A stretch of DNA of 56,224 nucleotides, the filler included, from Sluysia triapertura (taxonomy: Eukaryota): NCBI GenBank assembly GCA_046118255.1. It is 4 parts of 4 records of this genome, joined end to end, with 100 filler letters (N's around TTAATTAATTAA, not from the genome) between each part and the next. Parts side by side here need not be neighbours in the genome. Positions count along the whole stretch, not along the records: positions 1 to 18,803 come from JBJNIA010118639.1; positions 18,904 to 32,989 come from JBJNIA010006108.1; 2 more parts are not named here. The stretch is one strand, 5' to 3'. Shown piece after piece: positions 13,111 to 25,275 of the stretch. The position numbers were made by a program, and so were the translations under genes. Position 1 is the first letter of the stretch. Each line of letters starts with the position of its first letter. The notes below the pieces were generated by a model, which saw only the letters and a program-made list of their open reading frames with translations, had not been told where the DNA came from and made no database searches.

Positions 13111-14840
13111 TTCAAAAGAGGTGAGATTATACGTGACTGTGAGAAGAACCTTTTTATTTAATAAAGATTTATGTTATAAAGTTTTGTTATGAATTTAGTT
13201 TTGATTTCTCTTTTAAATTTAATTTACAAAATATAAACGACAAATGACTTCGATTTTCAAAATGTAAATAATAAATGAAAAATAAACTCGCGTTTCATAA
13301 TGTCGTTTTTGTTAATAGTAATTTAAAAGTTAGAAAGGGCCTTAAGTCCTTTTATTCGATAATAATGTTTTCTATGATGCAAATTTTAAAATTAAAGCAG
13401 TTAGAAGCGAAATTTCCTTTTTCTAAATTTAATTTCTTTTCTAGAAAATAAATATTTTTAAAGATTTTTAAATGATTCTAAAGTATTATAATGTTCATTT
13501 TACATGATTTTAGAAGGTTGTGATGATAACCTAAGATATAAAACAAAATAAACCCTAACATTATCCATACTCCCATAATTAACCCAATAACTGTGGTTGT
13601 AAAAATTGTAAAAAAAAGTCTGTATTAAATTGTATTAACTTTTGGATAATTCGTAGTGGTCATATTTATTATTGAATTTATTAAAAGTTATGATGTATAA
13701 ACTTTATTTGACCATTTACTGCAATATTTTGATTATGGATAATTTTCATAAACTGCCTATGGTCAAAATGGACAAATTTTCAATATTTAATTTTAAAATT
13801 TTTTGAACCGTGCAAAACAAGTAATAGGCATGTATAGGACACACATGCAAACATTGTTTATGTTAATACAAATATTGTTATGCATACAAACATTGATAAT
13901 TTAATTATTAATTTCATTTTGTGTATTGGACATATTTATTGATTTAATGTATATTATACTTTAATTATTTTTTGTATTGGACATTATTTATTAAAACATT
14001 GTAACTATTTTTAAGTTTTGAAAAATTTCTGATAAATTTTAACTAATTTTGATAAATAAATTAATTGTAAAACTTTTAAAATTTTATTTCTAACTTTTAA
14101 ATAAATTTTGATAAATAAATTTAAAAACTTTTAAATTAACAAAATGGTTGTTTTGTTTGCCCAAAGTCGTCAAGGACGACTAAAATTAATATGTAAATGA
14201 AGTTTAAACTAAGTAAAGGCATGATACAAAATGTGGTTAAAAATATTTGCAGACAATTTTCAAATTCGGAAGGAGATTTACAGAACAAACATACACAATT
14301 GTTTCGTTAGTTTATTTTTGATAAGTTTCTTTTACTTTTAATAGTACGCAGACTAAAATACACGTAAATTCATTTTATTAAACTTTTGGAATCATTTAGT
14401 GATTCTCTCGCAAAATCATTTTTTAAACTCAATAATACATTTTTTTCTATTAACTCATAGTTAATAACGAAACATATTATTATTATATAATTATCTTTTA
14501 TACAATTTATATAAATTTTTTTAAATATGCATTGGTGATTTAATTTCTTTTTCAGTTTAACATTTTGTAATCCAAAAGATCAAAAATCCTAAATTATTTT
14601 GAATAAAAAGTTTTCCCGAATTTTATTCGGTTTCACAAAACCATAATTAATTACAAATCCTTTTACTAGAATTAATCGCAAATTTAATAAGGAATTTTGT
14701 ATTCAATTAATCTGATCAGTTAAGGTCTAGTGATTGCGTAAAAATTCTGTGACCTCAATTTAAAGATTTTTTCATTCAAATCCAACGCCTAGCCTTAACT
14801 GGTAAGCCTAGTACGTTGGTTAACTCACTCTAATTATTCG

Positions 14841-14960
14841 TAAGCCTAAGAAAAATACTAGCAGAATAAATTTTTATTCGTGAGTGTCGCAGATGAGTTT
14901 TTATCTGCGATACTCACGAATAAAAATTTATTCTGCTAGTATTTTTCTTACTTAGGCTTA
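14841..14960. repeat. Near-perfect long inverted repeat (~50-bp hairpin stem)
   Basis: taagaaaaatactagcagaataaatttttattcgtgagtgtcgcagat pairs with atctgcgatactcacgaataaaaatttattctgctagtatttttctta. Outer taagcc/ggctta extends the stem across a 4-nt bulge. Confidence 0.95.
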
Positions 14961-16197
14961 AATTCTTATATAATCTCTGTCTATTTCAAATTTATTAGTT
15001 CTCTTTTAATTAACAAAATCGATGAGTGAAATTTAATACTTCAGACAATAAAATACTGTTTTTATACAAGTAATATAATTATGTTTAAAGTTGATTTTAT
15101 ATAAAAGTTTAGTAAATTCCGTAAAGTACTAAAATTAATAAAAATCTAATTTAAACATACTTAAGTAAGTCAAACTTAACAATTAACCTACACTACTTTA
15201 CTAAATCTTAGTCGAATAATATTTTCGATAATACAATCTTCGGATAATATTTTCAAATTCGATTGTCTTGGAAATAATTATGAATGTTAAAGAACCGAGA
15301 AAACTCTTTAAAAACAATTATGTTGATCTATTTATATCAAATAAATAATGATTTAACAAAACAATACAAAATATTTCCGATTAAATTTTAATATTAATTT
15401 TATAAATAATATTATTATTATTTTAATAATTGTAATTAAAATATAATTTGATATAAGAATTATTATTCATTTTATTTATTCAAAATTAATTTCTTTATTT
15501 TCAAATTGGTCTTTTTTGTAATTGCAAATATAAATTAATTTCTTTTTAATTTTACAATTAATGATGGTGAGATTAAACAAAGTATTATTATTACTATTAT
15601 TGTTATTAATACATGATCTGCATAATTTACAGTATGTCTGTTGGGTTTACTGAAGGCAGAACCGCAACTAGGCAGATGAACCCACACAGGGCCCAAGCCT
15701 GAGGGAGTCCTTAGAAGGCCGACGAATGAATACATATGATCCAGCCGAAAATTTATGTGTATTGACAATATTCTTATAAGCGTTTTCTAATCCATGATTT
15801 TGCTGTTTGGTTTTTATTATATATATGTACTTTTTGAACATGTATATGAAATGGCCGGGTTAAATAGGATTACGAAATTTGGGCCTAAGGGCCGCTCCAA
15901 CTTTTAAAATTCTATTATTAAAAACGAATCCCTTAAATATGGACTTAAGATCCTTTTTATTATTCAAATTTAATAATTTCAAAACATTAAAAATCGACAT
16001 AATGCCTTTCACACTATAAAAATCATGAAATTTAGATCAAAAACACAAGATTTTAAGCTAAATTTAAAATAAAACCTGATCGCAGATATAAAAGTTGCAT
16101 CTAAAACGTCTTTAACACGCAGATTTTCATGTAATTCTATAAATAAGACAACAATTCGAATTTATGGAACAAGTAATCTAAAAATTAAACAAATGCT

Positions 16198-16385
16198 GGG
16201 TGTTTTTCTTAATCTAAAAACCTAACCTACAGCAAAATAATTAATTATTATGAGTCCGTTTGGAGTATACGACTTACTAATGGCGTATCTGTAAAATTAC
16301 ATGAAGACAATTATCAAAATTAATCGTACAAAATATTCTTTGCCATAACTTAACACTAATGGGCAAAATCGTCGTTTATGTCAAT
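16198..16385 (-). repeat. Dispersed copy of the non-coding leader found upstream of the Gag ORF at 41450-41643
   Basis: gagtccgtttggagtatacgacttactaatggcgtatctgtaaaa is the near reverse complement of ttttacaaatatgccattagtaagtcgtatactgtaaacggactc (41544-41588); the flanks also align. Confidence 0.85.
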
Positions 16386-17495
16386 TAACAGTAAATAACT
16401 CAAAAACCAAATAAGACCAACGTTAGATTATGGAATATTTAAACTAACAAATCAAATAAATAATGATGGTATAAAAACTTATATTGTCTTATATCTTTAA
16501 ATCTTAATATAATGACTGTAAATACTTCTTAATTTTACATTTAATTATATGGAACGATATCGGATTTAACAATGAAAAATTTATTGAAGTTTAGATTGTA
16601 ACGTAAATATTAAGAAAATTATAGTAAAAAACAAGGCTTTAAACTCTCTTAGATAAAGATAACAATTATTATAAATTTATAAAAATTCAATAAAAAGGAA
16701 CTATTACTAAAAAATACAAATTTTATGAATGATAAATTTATAATAATAATAATTTAGCTATAATAAGGGTCTAGCCAAGAGACTTTACCCTACAATACTG
16801 ATTTTATAATTGACCTTAAGGGTCAACTAAAGATTTAAGATTTTATATTTTGGTTTGATTTTATGATTGGATTTTATAGCTCGCTGTGAGTTTATCAACT
16901 TATATGAATCAAACTTACGAATTTAATTAATTATATAATTTGGTTTCCGGTAATATCGCTTGGAAATGAATTGACAAATCTAACAGTTGCTGCTTTGGAA
17001 ATGCTGCCACTCTAATCGAATCGCACAATAATTGTAAAAATTTGATAATGAATTTGTTGACTATGAACTGGATGATACCGCAAATGATCTCCTTGTGATG
17101 AATTTACTTGTCGATGAAAATGACGTAATTTTCTCAATGGTTTCCTTGTTGTTTGTGTTGCTTTCTTTATTTAAAAAAATGGCGTTCTAATTTAACAAAT
17201 GGCAGCTTTCTTTTTGTGTCTGTCTTTATATAGACATAAAAACATTTTTAAAATTTAATTTAATTAAACAAACTTCTTTCGAGAAGTTTCTTTTTAAGTA
17301 TTTTTTAATTTATAATAATAATAATTTTAATTTTATTATAAGTGAAATAGTAATTTTTTAAAATGATACAATTTTAATAATTTTTATAATATTTTCATAA
17401 TTTCATTTTTCATACAAAATCATAAAAATTAAAAAATATAAAAATGAAATTTTTTACATCTTTACAAAAATATAACCTGTAGTTTGTCAACCAAA

Positions 17496-17651
17496 AATTA
17501 TGATAAAAGGCCTAAGGTGCCATTTGGTAAAACTGACTATAATAATCTAAAATTGTTAGACGGGGCTGATAGCTCGGTGGTAGAGCATTCGAACTGCGCA
17601 GCAAAAGTCCCGGGTTTGATCCCCGGTCAGTCAATTTTACAAAGTCTAACA
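17496..17651 (+). mobile_element. tRNA-carrying ~157-bp repeat, copy 1 (5' end decayed)
   Basis: taaaaggcctaaggtgccatttggtaaaa...tgttagac-[tRNA-like]-ttttacaaagtctaaca, shared with 31890-32046 and 50242-50399. Confidence 0.8.
17563..17634 (+). tRNA. tRNA-like pseudogene (Ala-type acceptor and T arm, aberrant anticodon arm)
   Basis: A box tagctcggtgg, B box ggtttgatcc (one mismatch), acceptor gggctga/tcagtca; the anticodon stem is broken. Confidence 0.6.
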
Positions 17652-18694
17652 ATATGACTGGTTCCACGTTGATACATAAACGCAAGCTCGTACATCCTCA
17701 ATTCGCGCAGTTCAAAAACATGAAAGTGAAGATATTGGTTCGAAACATTGCTTTTGGATTTTAGCATTTATCTGGATAGTTATTGCGTTAGATAGATTGA
17801 ATTCCTGTGGTGGAATCTTATAGGATTACACATGTTGCAGTATTATGTCGCTGATGTGAGTTTTTCTACATCATATTCATGAACTGGAGCATGAAATTCG
17901 TCTTTATGCTTATTCATTTCACTTAGAATCTCAGTTTTTCGTTCTTGCTTTTGAATAATAGCAGCATTTCTATGATCAACTTTGAATTTCGTATAATCGA
18001 TTTATTCTTTCATTTGTATAAGCTTTAATCTCACTGTGGTAAATCAGTCATGCTTCTTTTTCAAAAAGAAATTTAAACTTTGTTCGATACAGTAACTTTA
18101 TCTGATTTGGCAATAGCTTTATTTAGATTGGTAACTTAGTCTAACTTGATAGCTTTTTAAAATTTTGTAAAACTTTTTAAAATCAAAAATTTTTTACTTT
18201 TGGAATGATTGTCTGTTTTCAAGGTTTCATATACTTTATTTAATAATCAAAAAGATAAACCAGATAATGACAATTCGATCTGACTACCAATAACAAAACT
18301 TTGCCAAACAACAATAAATTCGCATGAGATGAATTTTTTAAGATTAATTATGAAATTAATTATTTTCTCAATTATGAAGTTGCATCAATTAATACAAAAT
18401 TACTAATAATACTACATAACTTTGGAGTTGTGTTTATCAATTAAACAAACAAATATTCATTCAAAAAATTGTGTAAAATGCAAAAATATTCAATCATTTC
18501 AAAAAATAAGAGGTAATAAAATGAAAATAAAAAGATACAATAATAATGCAATATTAAAGCGATATCAGCGGATTAAACGTGTATTTATAATTTTATTTTA
18601 GATGTTATAGTGTGTACAAGATGTAGCGAGGTTGTAATGTGTATGAAATATTTGTACTTAAATTTGTTGAGAATTTAGAAATATAATTGTTGCG

Positions 18695-18695
<1 letters not shown>

Positions 18696-18732
<37 letters not shown>
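18696..18732. repeat. (TA)n microsatellite
   Basis: Direct read. Confidence 0.95.
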
Positions 18733-18736
<4 letters not shown>

Positions 18737-18803
18737 AATGCTACACATACTTTGTTGTAATGCTAGACACGTACTTTACACATTGATTATTTGTCGATTT
18801 TGA

Positions 18804-18903
18804 NNNNNNNNNNNNNNNNNNNNNNNNNNNNNNNNNNNNNNNNNNNNTTAATTAATTAANNNNNNNNNNNNNNNNNNNNNNNNNNNNNNNNNNNNNNNNN
18901 NNN
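18804..18903. other. Scaffold gap with artificial spacer (44N-TTAATTAATTAA-44N)
   Basis: The same 100-nt pattern occurs at 32990-33089 and 45131-45230; the spacer puts stops in all six frames. Confidence 0.97.
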
Positions 18904-19637
18904 TATTATCGCAGTAAACTTACAAATAAATAGCATACTTAATCACATGAGTTTTATCCATAGTTAAAATCGCTGATAATGTCTTGTTCCAAAAATTTTT
19001 GATGAATAGTATTCACTAATCGTAGTTCCTTTTCGAAGATGTTCTTGCTCTTTATGTAATAGTTTGATCAACACTTCTCGATAAAATCAATTTTCTTAAA
19101 TAATTAACGAATTCCGAAATTCTATAGCTTATGCTTTAATTTCCTGAGTCGATTGGCTTTTTGTTTGCTCCTTTTATATTATTTTTTGATGCTATTTATT
19201 TAAATGATATTAATATTCAATGTAAATAATTACCTTATAAATATTCAATGATAATCATCTTTAAATAATACAAATATCCAATAATGTAAATATTTGATTT
19301 TTGATGAAGACTTATAAATATTCGATTTATTTATTCAATTTGATGCAGTTAATGTAAATACTTCAGATAATATAAATATTTGATTTTTTTATTTATACGA
19401 TTATTTGAGATAAATTAATGATTATTTAAAAACACGATTATTTAAGATAAATTAATGATTAAAATAGATTAATTAAAATATTTTTTAAATTCAGTATTTA
19501 CATATTTTACAAATATTTCAGATTTATACAATTATTTACACATTATTTTAAACTTCTAATTAATTTTTTAATATTTACAATAATATAGTAATCGAAAATC
19601 AAGTAAAATTAATATATAAGCAAAGATTAAATTAATT

Positions 19638-20057
19638 TGTTAGGGTGTCATCACGACCCTTTAAAATCTCAAAATGTTTTAAAATTATTTATAATTGTCA
19701 AAAACACCTTAAAATATTAATTTTCCAAGAGAAAATTTGCTTCTAGAATGTTCTAGAACATACTATCGATTTTCATTGGCTGATGACTAGTATATAAACT
19801 AGCATCACTTTAATGAAAATTGCCATTTTAATTATAGAGGAATTTTAAAAAATTTAGTCAGTCTAAATTTTTCAGCGTCATTTATAATTGTCATTTGTCA
19901 GATTGGACTGCAGACTGCAAGATTTTATAAATCAAAATCTTAAAATACATTGAAAATCAATTTTTTAGTAAGGACCCCGATATATTGAGGGGAAATTTTA
20001 TACTTAAACCTTAAATACATTTAAATCGAATATCCCCAAAGGATTTAGATCATAACA
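19638..20057 (+). mobile_element. Probable solo LTR
   Basis: Inverted termini TGTTA...TAACA, internal attgg (reverse CCAAT) and tatataaa (19792) followed about 25 nt later by gccatttt; flanks aatt/tatt are an imperfect 4-bp TSD. Confidence 0.45.
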
Positions 20058-21664
20058 TATTAATCACGTTTTGTTTTGTTATCTTTTATTTTGTTTTATA
20101 ATCTATTCTACGTTTCCATTTAATTTAATATACTTCAAAAATTAATTGAGTTTTTCTTTATTGTGATAATTAAACAATTAAGACCCTCGTAATAAAATTG
20201 TTAAATCGTAATAAAGTGTTTAAAGGTAATATTTTAAGTAATTATAGAAAGTTTTTCAACTTTTTAGTTACAGAGGTGTCAACTTCTAATTGTATGACGT
20301 TTACTGTAACTGGATTCTGCTCAATTTTTTAGCATTAAAAACCACAGCAAATTAATTTAACGTAATGACAAAATTAATAAAAACTTATTATAAATATTTT
20401 TTATGATGCTTAAAGTTGTGATTTAATAATGTTGTATTATTTCATATGTTGTTGATGGTTTAAATCAATTGACTGTTTTTTACCACACCCAATAAATTTT
20501 GTTTTCATAAACATTACTATAAAAGTACTGCATGAGTATCATTATTACAGTAATTCAGATTTATTAATGGCAATAAATTTATATTATTACATTAATTATT
20601 GCATCATTTATAATAAATTACAAATTAGTAAACAATAAATTTGTGAATCAGAAATGTTTATTTACACACATTTATATTAAGATATTGTTTTAAATTTTTA
20701 CCAAACAGCAATCACAGTTTCTTATCGAAATCATTTTTCTATAAATTCATAAATGAAAAAAATTGTACTTTAAATTAATTTTGTCAAACAAACAAAAATT
20801 TAATTTTGTTACTTTATTTATTGAATGTTTAGATAAAATTAAATAAGTAAACACAATAATAATTTATATTATTTAATTAGAGCACATTTTATATTAGCAA
20901 ATGTTTTTGAAATGTAGTTATAATTATATTATGATAGAATTCAAAAACAATTAAGAATAATATTTTTCGAGTTTGTCCATGAAACACATTTGGCATCTAC
21001 AATGAAAGTATAATAATTATAAAAATTAATAATAAATGAAATAAAATTACTTCGTTTATTTAAATGTATTTCATATAGCGAGTATAATTAAGTATGATGA
21101 ATATTAATTGCTATAAAAATAATACACATTGAAAACATGATATGGGATTTTGAACACCGACACATCAGGGAGTTGTTCATCCGGTTAACAAAAGTGGTCT
21201 TATTCTTGATTCTTTACAACTTTTTAATTATTCTGGAAATGACAATTATTTGATCCATAAGAAATTGTGTTAAGTTTCATCTTTGATGAAATACGATCAT
21301 TGGTTTCGAGTTGGTTGTGTCATTCTTTTACAAAACTCAAAATATTCAGCAAAACACAAAATTCTCTAAATAATTTTTATCTTATCATGCAACACATCCA
21401 CTACTGAATCCAACATAACAATCGCAAATAAATATTTTATTTATTATAAATAAATCTTTGTTATCACTTGTTATCAATTGCTAGAAAGGATTGATCATTT
21501 TTAATTATTTTGGAAGATTTCGAATAAATTATGTGTTTTTAAAATGTTTCAAGTAGCTTAGAAAAATTCTAAATAGCTTGTATAACTTATGTTATTCTAA
21601 GACAAGGTTGAACAATCCAGAATAATAAGGAGCCAATAATATCATATTATGTTTTTTTTTCAAG

Positions 21665-22817
21665 AGCTATATTTCGTTAATGATGAAATTTGCGGAAGAA
21701 ATGGCAAATTTACAAATATATGGAATACTTTTATTCGTTAAAATGTGCACCCATATTTTTTTGTATATTTTTTGTCATTTAGGAATAAGGATGTTCCTGG
21801 AGGAAAAGTTTATAATATTGTCGTAATTTAATTGTTTTCATATTAAATAGAAATACGTGTTAGTCATTGAGGGATCGATCTGCTGAGTATGAAGATATTT
21901 CTGCAGTCATTTTTGCGCGTGTGGTCTAGCGATATCATGCAATAAGATAGGAATCGATTTGTTGACCAGTCCAGGATTTTTTCTTTACATTTTTGCATTA
22001 TCTTGTCATTTTTGTTATAGTATATTCTTGTTATTACCGATCGTACATTTGGATCATACATGTGTTATACCACCAAACACTCATCATCAGCAACTTTTGT
22101 GTTTAGAAGTATATTTTGGTTATTCATTCTTGTCCAACCACAGTGCTGAAAGTTTGAAATTGAAATTTCTTATCATAAGTAACAATTTGATCCTAAATGG
22201 ATTAAATTTGTAACGAGAAAGTAACAACAAGCAAGCCTCCAAACGCTTTTATTTCTCTTTTTCATTCAATTTATGTGGAATCCACTCACACAACTTTTCA
22301 ATTTACCGATTTTGACTACATGAGTTACTACTTTTGTTTGCCAAAACCAAACTTCAACGATAATTCATAGGCACTTTCTGATAGCAAAGACTCAATGGTG
22401 ATCTTTAATTCGTCATTAGTGAACTTTGTTTTAGGGAGACCGCATAACTCATTTATACGGAATTTGTCCTACCATTGTGATATTGTCTGATGTGAGTAAC
22501 ATTAGAATCAAATGTTTCGCGCAGTTTGTGATGCCATAGTTCCAGGTAAGAACTCTTACTTCATAATACTACAAATTTCCGACTGTTTTTTTTTCAACAA
22601 AATTAATTTCTAAAAAAGTTTTTAATATTTTTTAAATTTTACTTTAACTTCTTATAAAGGGCCAAATATGTAACTTCCGAAGAAAAGGAATATTAAAATA
22701 TTAAGCCAATGTCATATCATAAGTTTTTAAAGTTGGCAATATTATTAACTACAAATTTCATTCTTACTAAACTTGCACATAAATATATCGGTAATTTCGT
22801 AAGGAACAACCTAATAT
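21665..22817 (-). mobile_element. Decayed mariner (DD34D-type) transposon; transposase pseudogene ~22597-21731
   Basis: Collinear motifs on the minus strand: IMK*EF..GT.ASQTARNI, NDELK..IE, WIPHKL (WVPHEL), DQIVTYDKKF (IVTGDEKW), MSVWW, PILLHDIARPH, YSADRSLND*H (YSPDLAP.DYH), GAHFNE*. One TIR, ta-ttaggttgttccttacgaaattaccg, ends at 22817. Many stops and deletions. Confidence 0.92.
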
Positions 22818-25200
22818 AAGGAAGTTATAAGCGTACATTTACATTACACCTGAAATAGTTGTTAAGAAACTGCTTTTTCAATCAATTTCGATGACAATGT
22901 TATAATTACTTAAAAGTTACAACTCATCGTTATCTTAGACGAAGTAATATAATTGGTATATTTTCAAAGAACGAAATTTCATATTAATGTTTGATATTTT
23001 AGTTGAAATTGGGTTAATCGAATTCGTTTGTTATTTTAATTTTTAATTATTTTAAATAAATTCTATTATAAATTTGGCTTAATGTTAATAATTTGAAAAA
23101 ATATGAAAACAATATTGGCGTAATTACTGCCATAAACTTTTGAATTTAATACTATTACTCATTTATGTCTTATTTTCAGGATTACATTTAATGTGATGAC
23201 GAATTATAATAATTTATATTGTTATTACTTTTGTTTGGTTTACCAATTTAAACACAAATTAATTATTAAAAATGGAATCCAAAACTCTTAAGAAATTTAA
23301 ATTAGTTTTTGTTAAAAAGAAAAAAATTAAAACAAAAGAAATATAAATGATATCATTTTTAATTAAAAAGAATTATTGTACATAATCTTGAATTAATTCA
23401 AAATGTTATTTTATTGGGATTATATTAATCAATGTTATGTATAGCTTTAATTACATTAATTAATTTATTAATTTAAAATTGTTAAATGTGTAATTCCAAA
23501 CCAAATGATTTTAGTAATTTAATTTATTAATAAAACGTTCATCTATTAAAATTTTACTAACCAACTTTACTAGAAAATTATCGGAGAATAGATACTAGAT
23601 ATTTTCCACTATCTAGAAATTTAAATTTCTTTGACATGATACTTTACAAAGATTGCAACTGAAGTATTTCTCTCTTTATCGCTGTATTAGCCTGTCTTTA
23701 TAAAGGGAAGCAGACTGTAATACCATTCATAATATTGTATTTCTTCTATAATGTTATCATTTAATAATTCCAGGTTTATTTTATCTTTAGCATCCGGTCG
23801 TAGGTTAGAGTATTTGATTCCATGATTCATTTACTTGAGTCTTATACACTTTATTCTCGATTTGTTAAGTAAGACGCTTCGAATTAATGTCACCGAAATT
23901 AACAGCTTTTATAGACAGAGCAAATGGACATAATTACGAACAAATGTTCATGTTCAACAATATTTTATAGGTCTTTACATATATTCTATAAAACTTAGTG
24001 TCTACATTTTACTATTGTATTCAATTTTTTAAAAAATACGTAAAATAGCAATTTTAAATTTACTACTGTAACGAGAAACACCTGCAAGATTTTGATATTA
24101 AATTAAAACTTAATCTTACATAATAAACTGAAGGTCAAGTCCACCTAATAAGCACGATTTATAATAACACAGAAAACGTGTTATTAGGGTTTACATTAAG
24201 TTGCAAAAATAAGAATTATTTTAGTTTGGGTTAACTTAATCGTTGCATGTAATTCGTATTAAATTACGGAATAAGAGTTATTTTTAATATGGGTTAAACT
24301 AGTTGTTTTACGATCTAGTATATAAAATCAATTTAATTGAAAATTAATCTAGACTTTTACGGTCTAGAATAAAAATTAGTAAAATCTTGCATTTTTAGAG
24401 CCAGGTACACCTTATTTTTAGCCAAATGGTCAGAAGTTATACACCTGATACATTTAAAATATGGTTTTCCGGAAAAAGATCTAAATATCTAAGAAAATCT
24501 AAGCTAAGAGAAAAATTAGAACATTGCGAGCATATATTGGAAGAAGTAATGTTATACACGAGATTTAATGATGAACTTTTAAGGTTTTATTATTGTGTCT
24601 GGATGTGCATACTAAATGATTATTATGATAAGTTCTTTTGCAGACTAAAATCTTGTTGAATGTAACAGCACATCTATGATTATTTTGCTCAGTGAGTTAC
24701 AGTAAAAGATAATTATCTCGCCTTCCCTGGGAGAAAATAAATACTATGAACGTTTATTAAATATACCATAAAATGAAAACATTTAAAAAGTTATCAAAAG
24801 TATTACTTATAAAACCAATATCAACGTAAATTTTGTAAAAATGACGATTTGCAGTCAGATTCATTTACTCCACGAAACACTAAGTCTTGTGCACTTGATA
24901 TACGCATTGTAACTGATATAAGAATCTGCATTTGATTGATATCTTTATTACATTATTTCATGATTTTTTTGAATTCTTAACATAGGCATACTTTTTAAAC
25001 ATTATGTCGCTAAATACAGAAATAAAAACATCTTTCGGTTCTGGAAGGGTTATTTCTTCTATTCTAAACTTAACGCAATTGGCCAAATGACCGTTTTAGT
25101 TTTATTACTTTTAAAAAATACTATGAAATTGTATTGTTTTATCAAATGATCAGTGGTGGTATGAACGGTGCTCGGTTTCTTTTATTTATCTTCTTACCTA

Positions 25201-25275
25201 AGCAAAAATAATTCTACTTTATGGGTCCGTTTACAATCAACGACTTATGCTCAATGAAGGCGTATTTGTAAAACT
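25201..25275 (-). repeat. Third, more diverged copy of the Gag-element leader motif
   Basis: gcaaaaataatt...atgggtccgtttacaatcaacgactta...ggcgtatttgtaaaa aligns with 16231-16300 and the reverse complement of 41544-41607. Confidence 0.7.

Noticed and set aside
17563-17634. Calling the tRNA-like copies functional tRNA genes or a classical SINE
   Set aside because: The anticodon arms do not fold canonically and differ between copies; the conserved 5' flank and lack of a tail argue against a SINE.
18848-18859. TTAATTAATTAA palindrome inside N runs (also 33034, 45175)
   Set aside because: Identical 44N-12-44N format three times; an artificial scaffolding spacer, not biology.
23575-23720. LINE APE-endonuclease-like words (VAIFVK, SIYSP) on the minus strand
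   Set aside because: Too short and interrupted to support a call.
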